From the NCBI GenBank assembly GCA_010015585.1, contig ML975151.1: a stretch of 60,272 bases of DNA, one strand, 5' to 3'. Position numbers and translations under genes: made by a program. Of this stretch, positions 24,983 through 36,651 are shown in pieces (within the stretch, counting starts at the first letter, position 1; every line of letters starts with the position of its first letter). Below the pieces are notes generated by a model. That model ran no database searches. It was given only the letters and a program-made list of their open reading frames with translations, and was not told where the DNA came from. Source of the DNA: Eremomyces bilateralis CBS 781.70 (taxonomy: Eukaryota).

Positions 24983-27900
24983 TCACTGTTTTAACACCTC
25001 AACCTTCACCACCCCCTCCAGAGCATTGACTGCCGCATCCTTGATCCTCCCCACCACCCTCTCCAGCTCCTCACCATCTAACAGCGGCTTCAATGCCTCC
25101 CCCACCTCACCCCCTGCTATTCGTTCCCGAATATTCCGTGCCCCTACCCCTGAGCTCAACTCCTGCATCCAATCCTTCGCAACCCCCTGGACTGCCCTCA
25201 TCGCATCCTCAACTGTTGCACCCACTTCCTTCAACTTTGCCGCTGGGATTTTGCTGGACAGGGGATGAGATTTTGGTTTGGTAGCGGCGGGAATGAGTTT
25301 GAGGAGTTTTTGGACTGCTTGGAGATATTCGAGGAAGAGGAAGGAGGGTTGGAGGAAATGGGGGGTCGGTAATTTGATAAGGTGTTCGAGTTTTTGGCCC
25401 TCAGGCGATGGGGGGGCCGCTTCCTCGAAGTGGGAAAATGTCTTCCAAACTTTCGTGTGGGTACGGATGAAGTCGAGGATTGCCGTCATGGTGTTCGATG
25501 ACTTGGGTGCGAGTTTCTTCATGTCCATGGCATTGGAGAAAAATGTCGCGTAGGTTATCTGGGTGAGTAGCTGCCAAGGCTCGTGCAATTGCTGCTCGGG
25601 AGGTGCCAGTCCGTCCGGGGAGACTTTCTGACCTGTCTGATAGCCGCTTGATACAGCCGCATGGGCCTCGTGAACAACAACTGGTAACGTCGGCTTCCCT
25701 CCCGTCCATAGCAGGTCTGTCGTGAGCTCGATGCTGAGCATGTGTCTCACCCAATTTTGACCCTGGATGCCCTGCTCTTCCCAAACCATCAATGACCGCT
25801 GCAACGGAAGATCATCTTTCGAATTGTAATTTGGTAGCTGCCCGTAGTGTCGTTTGTCCACCGAATACGCTTGATCCAAGATGATCCGATCAATTGTGTC
25901 GTTGACAAAAGGGGCCGCATCCACTGGACGGTTCGAAAGCCTGGCAACTCGGCGATATTCCAGAGCGCGAATTGCCGCGGGCAAAGACTGGGTCAGATTG
26001 TCTTTGAATCCCAGCATCTCAGTCAACTTGTCGGGATACAACTTTTCCAAGCCATCCCCCGTAAACGCCAGTACATCGCCGACCGATCTCCCAATCCATC
26101 GGGCTGGCACACTTAGGATTTTCAGAGGATTGGATTCCGGTTGCCTCGGATGCTGTGATTTAACAGACGCCAACGGAAACGGATGTGTAATGGAAAGCCG
26201 ACTGGCCAAGATATGCAAGTCGCTTTCGAATAGCAGGCTCTTGACGTCTAGCTTCTGGAAGAACCGGTAGGCTTCGTCCCCAAGACCAAGCTGTAGCGAC
26301 AGGAGCGTGCCCATCACATGAAGCATCGGGGCGAGTTCGGAAACCAGATTGGTCAGAGCCGATGTCAGCGCAAGTGCTTGCATCACGAGAGTCGTCTCCC
26401 GCGGCGACAAGATGTCGTCGGCACCTCTCTCCTTGGCCCTCGGGGTGTGCAATCCCCATAGGAGGGTAAGTGCCAGGAGGGCAATCGTCTCGTTTGTTTG
26501 GGTGTCCCCTCGACTCAGCTTTACCAGTAAGACAAAATGCCTTATCATCCCAGCGGCGCTCACGTCCGACCCATGAGGATTCTCAGGTGTCTTGCGATCG
26601 GGAAGAGAGGATTGAAACGAACAATATATCTTGGAGAATGTGAGTCCGGTCCCCAAGTCAATATTGTCTGGCGGACCGTCTTCGAGGGTCAAGGCCTTGA
26701 ACTGCGTGGTCCAGGCGTTCACTGTCTCGTTGATATGCTCATCAAATTGCCGCATCCCTTCCTTGGAGAGCGCGGCGAGGAATGGCGAAAGGTCCTTGTA
26801 ACAGGTCTCGAGTTTCGAGAACCGGTCGAAATACACTTTGCAAACGCCAACGAAACACTCTTCCTTCCCGAACTTCTTTTGCCATTTAAGGGCTGTGAGC
26901 AGCATTTCGCGATTCGGTGTAGGCTCGGATACGCCACGTTCAAGGAGAGCTTTGAGTTGGCTGTTGAGGTTTCCGTCCTCCACGCTCGAGGCTGCTTGAA
27001 ACAACTTGTCCAATATTCGATAGTCGTTCCCAAATGCTCCGGTGATTCGAGAAGCGATGACGCAGCTGCTATCCTTCGACTCGACGAGGAAGTCCCAAAT
27101 TTGCTTCCATTGTCCTTGAGATTCCCAGATGTTTAAGAGGGCCCAAAGGAACTCGATGTCGCCGTTCAAGATGTTCTCGAACAAATACAGCGGCGATTCT
27201 GTGTCAATCATGCTGGATGCTATATCCAAAAGCATCGCATTATCCGACTGAGCAAGCTCAAGTATAAGCCGAAAGTCTCGACCATCCCGAATCTTCCACG
27301 CCGACTCTTCTTTCTGCCTCGTCTTCTTCAAGATATCCGACACGCCCCTTGCAACAAGCTTGCCCATAATCATAGCTTTCATCTTATGTTCCGGCTGCCC
27401 TGCATTACCCAGCTCTTGCGCAAGCTTTGCGGTGGCGGCAAGCCATAAATAGATGTACTTCGGCTCCGTTGGATACCGTGATTTCAGGTCATTCGCGCCC
27501 CTCTGATACAGGCTGGACCAGTCGCAAGCGACGGCGGTCGTCAATAGATTCTCGGAGAACACATCCCTATCAGATCCTTCCAATCCGATTGAACTGACTC
27601 TTGACCAAAGCTGATCAACCTCCTTCGGTGGGTCAATCTGAAGGGGGCTTTGGGCAGATGCATTGGACTTTTCAGATGCATTACCAAACAGGTGAGATAG
27701 ACCATCTGGTTTAATAGACAGCAGCTGGTGTATGCGGCGATACATCAAGCATACATTAACCAAGCCGTCCGGATGTAGGAAGTTGACCTTGGTCTCATTG
27801 ATGTGATCCAGCGTTTCTTTCGCGTCAGCATACGCACCCATCCGGAGATGGAGCTGGGCTTTCCAATACTAGATTCCGTTAATCCCATCATCTTCATTTT

Positions 27901-28059
27901 ACGAGACGATATCCATACGTGGAGTTCGCCATTGTGCGGGTCTTTCTGGATTTTTCGACCGCAGTCCTTGATGGCATCTTTGTAGCTTCGGGGGCCATAG
28001 GACTCGAAATGCTTGTCGTATGGGGTTTCGAATTCTTTCGTGAATAGTAGAGACGACAT
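24983..28059 (-). CDS. MDM20: N-terminal acetyltransferase B auxiliary subunit (Mdm20/Naa25)
   Basis: Exon 1 28059-27919, intron 27869-27918, then the frame of the 952-aa ORF. Motifs YFDRFSKLETCYKDLSPFL and LGLGDEAYRFFQKLDVKSLLFESDLHILASRLSITHPF fit the NatB_MDM20 family as recalled. Confidence 0.8.
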
Positions 28060-28456
28060 GGCTTACGGTCGGAAATCCGAGGTGACACGAAGGGATTATG
28101 ATCACGGAGAAGCCATTGTCGCGTTTATGATTCGTGGATGGGGAATGACGAAATTTTGAAAGTGGTACGTTGACGGGTGTGTTCGCGGGATTCAGGTTGC
28201 GAGTATTTGCAAAGACAAACCAGATCTACAATGGAACATGATGATGATAGCCTATGGAAAACTTCTGCCATTATTTTGCCCCGGCAAATATGTTTAATTT
28301 ATGTTGAAATCTGTTCCCTAACTACAGCAAATATATCTAGTTTCAACATGCGATTTATATCGCTAGCTGGGGTTGGAGTCCGGAGGAAGTACATGGTATC
28401 AGTATTCATTCAAACGCGCTTATATACAGGTAGCTGCGGTACAGCCATTGCTAATT

Positions 28457-30355
28457 TCAATGATTCACAAGATCTGACTTCTGGTGCCTCCCAACCTCAA
28501 AAATCATGCAACCATTCTTCCCATCAATCCTCTGCCGTCCCACTCCAGTCCCATAACTGTGCCACCTCCCCATCCTCTGCTCCTTGGCAACCGAGGCCAC
28601 AATGAACAAGCTCTCCTCATTCCGATCGCCTTGCTCGAATACCGCCAGATCGGTAACAAGCCCATGAACAATCCTCGGGTCGGCTGGTGGCGAAGATCCA
28701 AGGACAACTACTTTGTCCTCATCACCGGAATCCGCGTCCGTTGCAGGTGTTGGAGCATTGATGGAAAGGGTGCGAGGCGTTCCAACGATCCCAACCGGAT
28801 CAAACCCTCTTCGGTCCCCACGGATCTTCCAAGCTCGAACGAATCCATCCCAGCTGCCGGTGACAAATACGTCGCTGAGTGGCAACGCTTTTAATGCGGT
28901 GATTCCCCTCGGTGCTTGCTTCACGGGTACTTCCGCGGACCCCGAAACTTCTCTGGCCTTCTCCTTGGGATCTTCCTCTACATAATACTCCTCGGCTGTG
29001 ATCGGCGGATCCAGACCGTGTGCAAGAGGATAAGTATACAGCGCCTTCTTCTTGTGAATGCTCCATAAGGAGATGGCTCCGTTGTCTGCGCCCGTCACGA
29101 AGAGTTCGTTGTCGAGAATAGTGACTCGGTCGATGCTCCCTTCGTGGTGCTCCTTGGCCGATTCCACTTTCTCCAGCAGCTCCGGGGCAAGCTCGATATT
29201 TTGTGCCTTCAGTTTGCCAGGCTTTGGAATCGCTCCCACTCCACCCCCTCGAAACACGAGCTGAGACTCTTCTGCGACTTTCCATAGTCGTGCAGTCCTG
29301 TCTCTCGCACCAACGCTAACGCACCGTTCAATGGCAGGTGCATCCACATCCATGATGACATCTTGGTGCCCGAACAATGTTTCAATGTATCCGGAGGACT
29401 GTTGGCTGACGTTCCACACTTTCAGCGTCCGATCCGCGGAGGAGCTGTAGAGAGTTTCGCCGCCGGTACTGCGGGGACCGCCGGCCGATTGTTGCGCGTT
29501 GGATATCGTTTGTCGGAAAGCCAGACCAGTAACGGAATCGCGATGTTGCGAGAAGACTTTGATCGGTCGTAGGTTCTTGGTGGACCAGATGACCAATTTG
29601 TTGTCCATGCCTCCCGTTGCAAGGAATTCTCCTGAAGGGGAGATGGCACTGCACACAATTGCAGCTTTGTGTCCTAGGAAGGTGGATTTCGCCGGTTTCG
29701 AGGTTTCGGAAGCCTCGGGCTTGATCACGCGGCCTTTGCCACATATCCGCTTGATCGGTCGACGGCGTGGGGTCATGTTGGACTGTTGCTTTTCTGCCGG
29801 AGGGTTGGACGGTAATTCCCACTTCACCACGCTGCCATCCTTTCGAGTCGCATATATGTATGGTGGATGTGCGCTGACTGACAATACAGCTTGGTTGTCG
29901 TGTCGAAAGAACATATGCGAGGCACCCTCGATGTCCAACTCGTTCGCCACAAACTTGTAAATCTTCCCCTTCGTTCCCGCGACGTCTTCCTTCAACCGAT
30001 CGGCGATCAGGTCTCTATCAACGTCCTCGGCATCGAATCCGACTCCGGTAGTTTCCACCTCCTGCTTGATGTTTTCCAAGTACCGTTCCGCCAGACGAAG
30101 GCGACGTTCTGCAGCAGTTTCGCCCTCGATCTCCGAGTCTGACACGCTTGATTCATACTCGGCTGCTCCATCATCTGCACCGGACAAGTCTGACTCGCTG
30201 CCGGATATCGATTCGTCTCGACCTGCAGGATCTCGTGCTCGCTTAGACCGCGATGGAGAAACATTTCGTGGCTGTTTTCTCGACGGCTTTGATGTTGCAC
30301 CCTCAGGTCTCTTCCGCTTCCTCTGAGACGCTGGGACTGAGAAGAAAGAGGACAT
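28457..30355 (-). CDS. RRP9: U3 snoRNP WD40 protein Rrp9
   Basis: Intronless 632 aa. ETAAERRLRLAERYL, LIADRLKEDV, YIETLFGHQD, ERCVSVGARDRTARLWKVAEESQLVFRGG, KEQRMGRW. Confidence 0.95.
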   Translation of the reverse strand: MSSFFSVPASQRKRKRPEGATSKPSRKQPRNVSPSRSKRARDPAGRDESISGSESDLSGADDGAAEYESSVSDSEIEGETAAERRLRLAERYLENIKQEVETTGVGFDAEDVDRDLIADRLKEDVAGTKGKIYKFVANELDIEGASHMFFRHDNQAVLSVSAHPPYIYATRKDGSVVKWELPSNPPAEKQQSNMTPRRRPIKRICGKGRVIKPEASETSKPAKSTFLGHKAAIVCSAISPSGEFLATGGMDNKLVIWSTKNLRPIKVFSQHRDSVTGLAFRQTISNAQQSAGGPRSTGGETLYSSSADRTLKVWNVSQQSSGYIETLFGHQDVIMDVDAPAIERCVSVGARDRTARLWKVAEESQLVFRGGGVGAIPKPGKLKAQNIELAPELLEKVESAKEHHEGSIDRVTILDNELFVTGADNGAISLWSIHKKKALYTYPLAHGLDPPITAEEYYVEEDPKEKAREVSGSAEVPVKQAPRGITALKALPLSDVFVTGSWDGFVRAWKIRGDRRGFDPVGIVGTPRTLSINAPTPATDADSGDEDKVVVLGSSPPADPRIVHGLVTDLAVFEQGDRNEESLFIVASVAKEQRMGRWHSYGTGVGRQRIDGKNGCMIFEVGRHQKSDLVNH

Positions 30356-30781
30356 GATTGTCCTTTATGGCAACTCTACCAAGTGTTGAAAACTGGAAGA
30401 ATTGTGGTGGTAAAGAAACCAAGAACTGCTGGAAGAGAAATTCAGTGAAATTTTGGATGGAGATTGTCCGAGCTTCAAATGCTGGCCCCAGATCCCTGTT
30501 AGAGCCTTGTGGCCTTATGGCCTTATTTGTATGAATCGGAGGAATCCTCCAGCTCCACTTCTCCGCAATCAAACCCCCCAATATCTCTCTGCTACAGAGG
30601 ACTTCATGTTGATATTCAATGACAATTGTGAATAATTTACCACTCCTTCAACACTCTGTGACACTACCGTAACTACTCCTCACTCTTAGATTGGGCTCTG
30701 TCCATCCCTCATTCTCAGCCCAATCCATGGAGTTCGTTTAATGCTTCAAGAGACGCTTAGCAGTGTCAAGTTCAGCCCAGA

Positions 30782-33152
30782 ATGGGTCGAGACGCGTACC
30801 TCTTCAGGCTTGCATTTGTAGGTCTTCTAACTTGACATTACCTAGTGTCCTCTGACATTATATAGGGCCGCTCCTACACTGAACCTCCCGAGGATGACGT
30901 CCTCCAACGCCATCCCAGTATCCTTTACGACAACTCGAGCAGTCCGAACCCGCAGAATACTACAGCAGCACCACCACGGCAATTCTATGATGATCGTGGC
31001 CACTCCGTCAATCGTAACTCGCGGCGGTACGCTCGAGCTCTACGTGCTGCTCAGAATGATGTGCTAGCAGCAGTGGGTGTAGTAGTTCGCAACGGCAGCA
31101 AGGAACCCAGAGGACCAAAAGAGGAAGAACTGGCAGCCATGGCTCAGGATGAACATATGTCGGGCCTGGTTATGAGCTATATTGCTCCTTACGTGGAGAA
31201 GTTTCTGCTGCATTGGCTTCATGCCTTGAAACACAAGGCTTTGGTATGAACGGTCCCCAATTCCCTACCCCGAGCTAATATCTATAGGTCTATCCTATGC
31301 TCTCGAACATACCGGTCATTGCGTTTGCAAGGAGTGAAATATCATCCTATGGTTATCGCCATTTCCTTTTTGCGGGACTCTCAACCTATTTCGTCCATTC
31401 ACTTCTACGCTACCCTGATTGGTTGTCGTTTGCGTTTGAGGGGCTAGATGCACTTGTGCAAGCTACCGTCTCGTCTTCAAGAAAGAGAAGAGCGTATGAT
31501 AAATGGAAGCCCATTGTCCGTGACATGTAAGTCTAACTCGCTCAAATATTGTCAGTTAGTGGCCGGCTAATGTTGTGACTCCTAATAGCCTCGAGCACTC
31601 CATGAAAATTGTGGCGCTTCCATTCGAGCTGTATTATCTTCACCAGACGCTTGGCGTTGCTCCAACATCATCCTTGCTACCTCCTTGGAAGATATTCTCT
31701 TCCACGCTCACATCGCTTGTATGGCCGTTGTCCGGATCGTGGAAAATTTTAACTAGCGGCCGAATCCCCCCCATCCCTCTAGCGCCAGCTTGCATGGGGT
31801 TGTTGACGTATAACATGGCGACCTCGATTCTGGTCACTGTCATATTCAGAACCATGCGAGACTCAGTCCTCCGGCCGGCAAGCAAACAGTGGCTTGCAAG
31901 GCGGCGTGGCTATAAGAACACCCTATCGGAGACGATCGAGCAATTGTTCGAGGAAGATGCGCAGCCATGGAGGCCATTCACACGCCGTTTCAGTCCCGTA
32001 TTTCAGTCCATCATGAATACATTGGGTTGGGGCTGGAAACGACATGAACTGACCAGGACTCCACTGGCGGAGCTACCCTCGGATCTCGAGCTCGAGAGGG
32101 AGGCAGAGGTCTTAGCTTGGCCGTCTTTCGACCCGGATATCCTCGCTTACATCCCCCCGGAAGCATTAACAAGAGTTCATGGCGACCGTGTAACCTCTGT
32201 CATCCATGATGGGATCTCAAACAGAGAATGGGAAACTAACGGGAATATGCCATCGAACCCGAACGCCGCTCCTGCAGCAGGTTCAAACAATACCAGGCGG
32301 CCACCAAGACATTCCGCTGCTTCATCAACCACTGATCCACCATCACCGGCCGCTAACAGCGACGCAACCATTCGAATCACCTCCTCGGATTCTCATACTG
32401 GCGTGGTAAACTTGGAAATCGGTCTGCCGGATCATCCAGCCCCATCCACTCAACTGCAATCTTCCTCAGCACATCCCCGACATCGCATCAGGCGCACCGT
32501 CACCGACACCCCCCGTTTCAACCCCGACCTCTTCACCTCGCCTCCATCTCCCACCCCCGATGCACTATCTATCGACCCCGAACCTCCTCAAAGCCCTTCC
32601 GCAACTACTTACATTACTCCAGCAACTCCCTCCTCCGGGGCACCACCCCCTTCAGACGCTGAAAACCGCCCACCAAATTCCCACTCCCTCATGCCTATGC
32701 CTCCCGAGGCTACCCACTCCGAAGAAGCCGCCATCCCCGCCATCTACGCACACTTCCGCGCCGAAATCACCCGGCAGCGCCACAAAATCCTCCACCGCCG
32801 CATCCAGCACCGCCACCAGCGCGTCACCATGCTATCGCTGTACATGTCCGACAACCTCGCGTCGCTGATAACGAGCAAGCTGGTTAACGCGCTCACGCTG
32901 CCGTGGCGCGCGTGGATGTTGCGGGAGGTGGCGCGGCAGGCAATAGGGGGGATGGTGCATCCGGGATATGGGAGGGTGGGGAACGTGGGGTTGGGGTTGG
33001 TAGGAGGTGGGGTGGGGTGGGGTTGGGGTGTGATGGGGAGGGTGGCGCTGTTGGAGGCGGTGCAGATGCTTTTGGAGATGGGGATTTGGATGGGGGAGTG
33101 GGGGGTGGTGAGGTTTATTGGGTTACGAAGCTTCAGATGGGGGGAAGTTTGA
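30782..33152 (+). CDS. Uncharacterised fungal membrane protein
   Basis: Exons 30782-30817 (MGRDAYLFRLAF), 30866-31243, 31288-31526, 31589-33152 splice in frame through canonical introns. Several hydrophobic segments and a disordered P/S-rich insert; divergent from RRP9. Confidence 0.75.
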
Positions 33153-34879
33153 GGGAGGTTTCAAGTCGGCATGTCGTGGTTGTCCATCGACATGACTGCA
33201 TTGCATAGGCGTTACAGCAACATGATACCCAATTGTATTTGTAAAGGAGCAACTTTAGCGATTAGTTGGACTAAATACGGTACCCTCGCTTTACTACCAT
33301 GTTCTGATACTAGGTCCACCGTCAATATTCACAGACCAAGAGCACCATTTGCCCTCTTCCAACCATCAAACGATCACAAGGAGCACCCTCGACTCATATC
33401 CTTCTCGCAGCCACATTCAGGTTGGCGACCTCTAGTAATGTACCCGCATCCCTATTCAGCGCCACACTGCTACTACGATCATTATTCCAGTCGCCCTCCA
33501 ATCCCGGCTGTTATGGAGGTGGACTAGAGATGAGGGCAAAGTGGTTCGTAGCAATGGCAGCGGTTTGATTTTCTTCTTGTTCGCACCTCAGCAGCCCTAG
33601 CTCTGGAAGAAATGAACACCTCTCATATCATTGTGCAAAGCTGAAGAGAGTCAAGCGGACTTTATGTTCAATGGGAACAGGTGGTGACGCTATACCACCC
33701 CCATTCGGGCTACAATAGCACTGAGGCGAAGCCTGAGAACCGACATGGCCTTTGTCAACTTGTGAATGCCGTGCAACTTGAAAGTGTCCTTGATGACCCC
33801 CGAAGCTTCATTGAGGCGCCCCTGACAAATCATAGTTGGAGGCTACGCACTGGACAACTGACAACTCGAGGAGCAGAAAACGGTTCAAAAATCTGGACAG
33901 ATGCAGAAGCCGAGAGAAAATTGACAAGTGAAGCAATAGAATATTGAGAGGTGTTTCCCCATGCATCTCAGAATGTGGACAAAGGTCATGTTCCAGCAGC
34001 TTGCCTCTTTGGGTGCGGTGATTTGACGCAAGACTGTAGTATATGAGAGTTGCAGTGCTCGGAATGAGTGGTTAGTTCTAGCTGGACAATAGCATCTACT
34101 TACCACATGGCTTGGTCAAGGATATCCCAACCAGCCACTTCGACGGTATTATATTTGCTGCGACGCAGAACGAGACAACTCACGTAGAGTCAGATACTGT
34201 AGACACTGCAAGATGTAGTACCGCAAAGTCAAATTCGTTTACCGATATGAGATTAATCGACCTGAGCTGACTGGAGAATCGGACGCGAGGAGCGCCGCCA
34301 TTTGAATACAAGAGATGGATCTGGGAAAAAACAAGCCAAATTCGCCGTTCAATAACCAAGATATCCAGTGGGGCCTGCTGCCAGAAATCTGTCTTGGAGG
34401 GTGTAACATTTCCCCTACCAAGATTGGGAGTCAAATCGTTCCCGATATGACCTCCTCAGACTCGACCAGAGGGCCCGCTGAGAGAGCGCGATGTGCGCTC
34501 AATCTGCCGACTATAAGAAACCACAGCCGTGCAATTGGCAGAGTACCAATTGTTTCAATGCTCGTCGCTTGTATCTGGATTATGTTAATGAGATGTCTGA
34601 TTTAAGCACAAGTATGTAAAGCTTACCATAAGCCAACTTCCACCACGCCGCGTCTCCACCGTCGTGCTTCCTTGCCTTCCACCTGCCTTCCATCACACCA
34701 ATACCACTCCGTCGTTCTTCTTTCGAAATGAACCTCAAGGTCATAACCGATAGCTGTTCCAACCGTGTAAGACACGTGATCTTGTGGGTAGATTTGCTTG
34801 CTTCGATTGATTGGGTGAAGGCTCCGCAGCAACGCTCGTCATAATCGATCCGGGATTCTCGCGGGTAAACTTTCTCTCA

Positions 34880-35020
34880 TCACGAGTCGAGGCGACATGC
34901 GACCGTGCTCCGGGCCTTCAATTGGGGACAAAGGTTGTGGAGAGCACCAGGTCGATTGCCAGGGGGACAACCACCCTCGGCACAACTGACCGGGGTGCGA
35001 GGTATGTGAATTAGGTCCAT
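34880..35020 (-). CDS. Candidate 46-aa small ORF with 4 Cys
   Basis: CAAC-ATG-G context after a C/A-rich leader; MDLIHIPRTPVSCAEGGCPPGNRPGALHNLCPQLKARSTVACRLDS followed by TGA TGA. Confidence 0.2.
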   Translation of the reverse strand: MDLIHIPRTPVSCAEGGCPPGNRPGALHNLCPQLKARSTVACRLDS

Positions 35021-35970
35021 GTTGAGAGTGGTGTCGTTGATTGTGGTGTGTATGTAGAGATGAGTATGTTTGGGATATGGGAGAGTGTTTTGCGAGGCGA
35101 GGATGCCAATTTCGGAAGTTGTTCAATTGACACTGTTAGATAAATTTTCGCTAAATATTGTGCATCGTATATGTAATAGTAAATGACGGACACGTAAAAT
35201 TCCGATTGCAAGAGATGAGAAGGTAAGAAAAGATCCAGACTGAAGCGACATGTAGGAATCTAAATACTTGGGCATTGGAGAATGGGACGAAGGAGGCGGA
35301 GTCATAGATGCCAGTTAAATGCTGCATGAGGGCCCCCGCAGCACACAGCTATAGTGAGCTCACGGATGTTTTTCGTTCACTTCGTATTCACGAGAACATG
35401 TTCCACCCAACCAATCAGGATTTATGGCAGATCGATGGTAGGAAGCTAGGAACTATCGGTGCGTGTAGGATGCTGCCGGCTGCGGCTCTAACGTACATAG
35501 CAAGCTCTTTGATTACACTCAACACAGCCTCACTGCTCGCCCAGTTCATTGAAGCTGACACTTGCATGGTGAAACAGCTGCAAATAACAAACCCTGTCCA
35601 GATGAACTTCGCTGTTGGGTCGAGCAGACCGAATTGGAAGACCATAGCCACTCCGTCCTCTTCAAGTTACGACAGCAATGACGTGGAAATAGTAGAGGGA
35701 GAGTCGGGGGTATGGGTTGTTTCTAGGAAGGGTGTTTCACTGTCAGCGGAAAGAAAAGTGTGGGATAATCGGAATAGAGAGCTCCACAATAGACACAGCA
35801 CATTAGAAACATGAATAGATGGCATTGACGAATCATATATTTCTACCTATTCTTCTATGTTTTCTCTACTAGAAAGACTTCGATATCAATCTTCCCTTTG
35901 ATCTCATTGTCTAATCGCTGGGCGGCATTCTATGTCGTAAGCGTAAATTGGACCGGGTTCAGATCTCCAT

Positions 35971-36260
35971 ATGGTACAATATCACGATCTCTTGCTTAGT
36001 CAAGAGCTCGTGAATGTCCGGGTCCTTTTTCTTGATCTTAACAACCTTGCTGATGTTCGCAGAGCTGATGGCACCTTGTATTACGTCCACACTTCCCGGT
36101 CCCGCCTGGCAATGCGTTGTTGATGGTGTTGAGGATTGATGTTAACATAGGACGTACCTCTGGACCCTTGGTGCCAAGTCCAATACTCTGAACAGGAGGT
36201 CGTGAAGGGGCCATTCATCGCCAACTGAATCTCCCATCAATTCATCCCCAATGCACCTAT
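35971..36260 (+). pseudogene. Possible short-chain dehydrogenase/reductase relic
   Basis: Fragments VNVRVLFLDLNNLADVRRA and GPFIAN*ISHQFIPN loosely resemble the SDR segments LDLxxLxSVRxA and QFxTNHLGHFLL; in-frame stops present. Confidence 0.25.
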
Positions 36261-36651
36261 TATCCTCGAAGCTACTTCAATACGATACACAGACCAGAGC
36301 CACGACAATCCAAGGTATCAATGGTTCCACCACCCTCTCCCCCGAGGTAGAATTAAGATTAAGGTATCTATTAAACTGAAAAAAATCAACAAACAACGCT
36401 GCAAATGCTGGCTTGCTCTCCGTAGGGTACTATAATACGGACATTTTCCAGATTCGAAAAAGGTGGATCTGAATTCAGGATATTAGAGAGCTTTGCCTTC
36501 CGCCAAATCACATCGGCCCATCCCGTGAGCCATGTCCCCGCCGATCCATCCACCGGTTCCCAAATTTTCCATCTGGTTCGCCTCGTTCCGTCCTTCGATC
36601 CACGACAAACCCCCAAAAATTCCCCTCGATATCCAATCCCAAATCAGTAAA

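Noticed and set aside
1004..33152. Functional gene cluster (UBX5 with ECM29, or CDC43 with the RhoGAP)
   Set aside because: The neighbours are unrelated housekeeping genes overall; adjacency alone does not support a co-regulated system.
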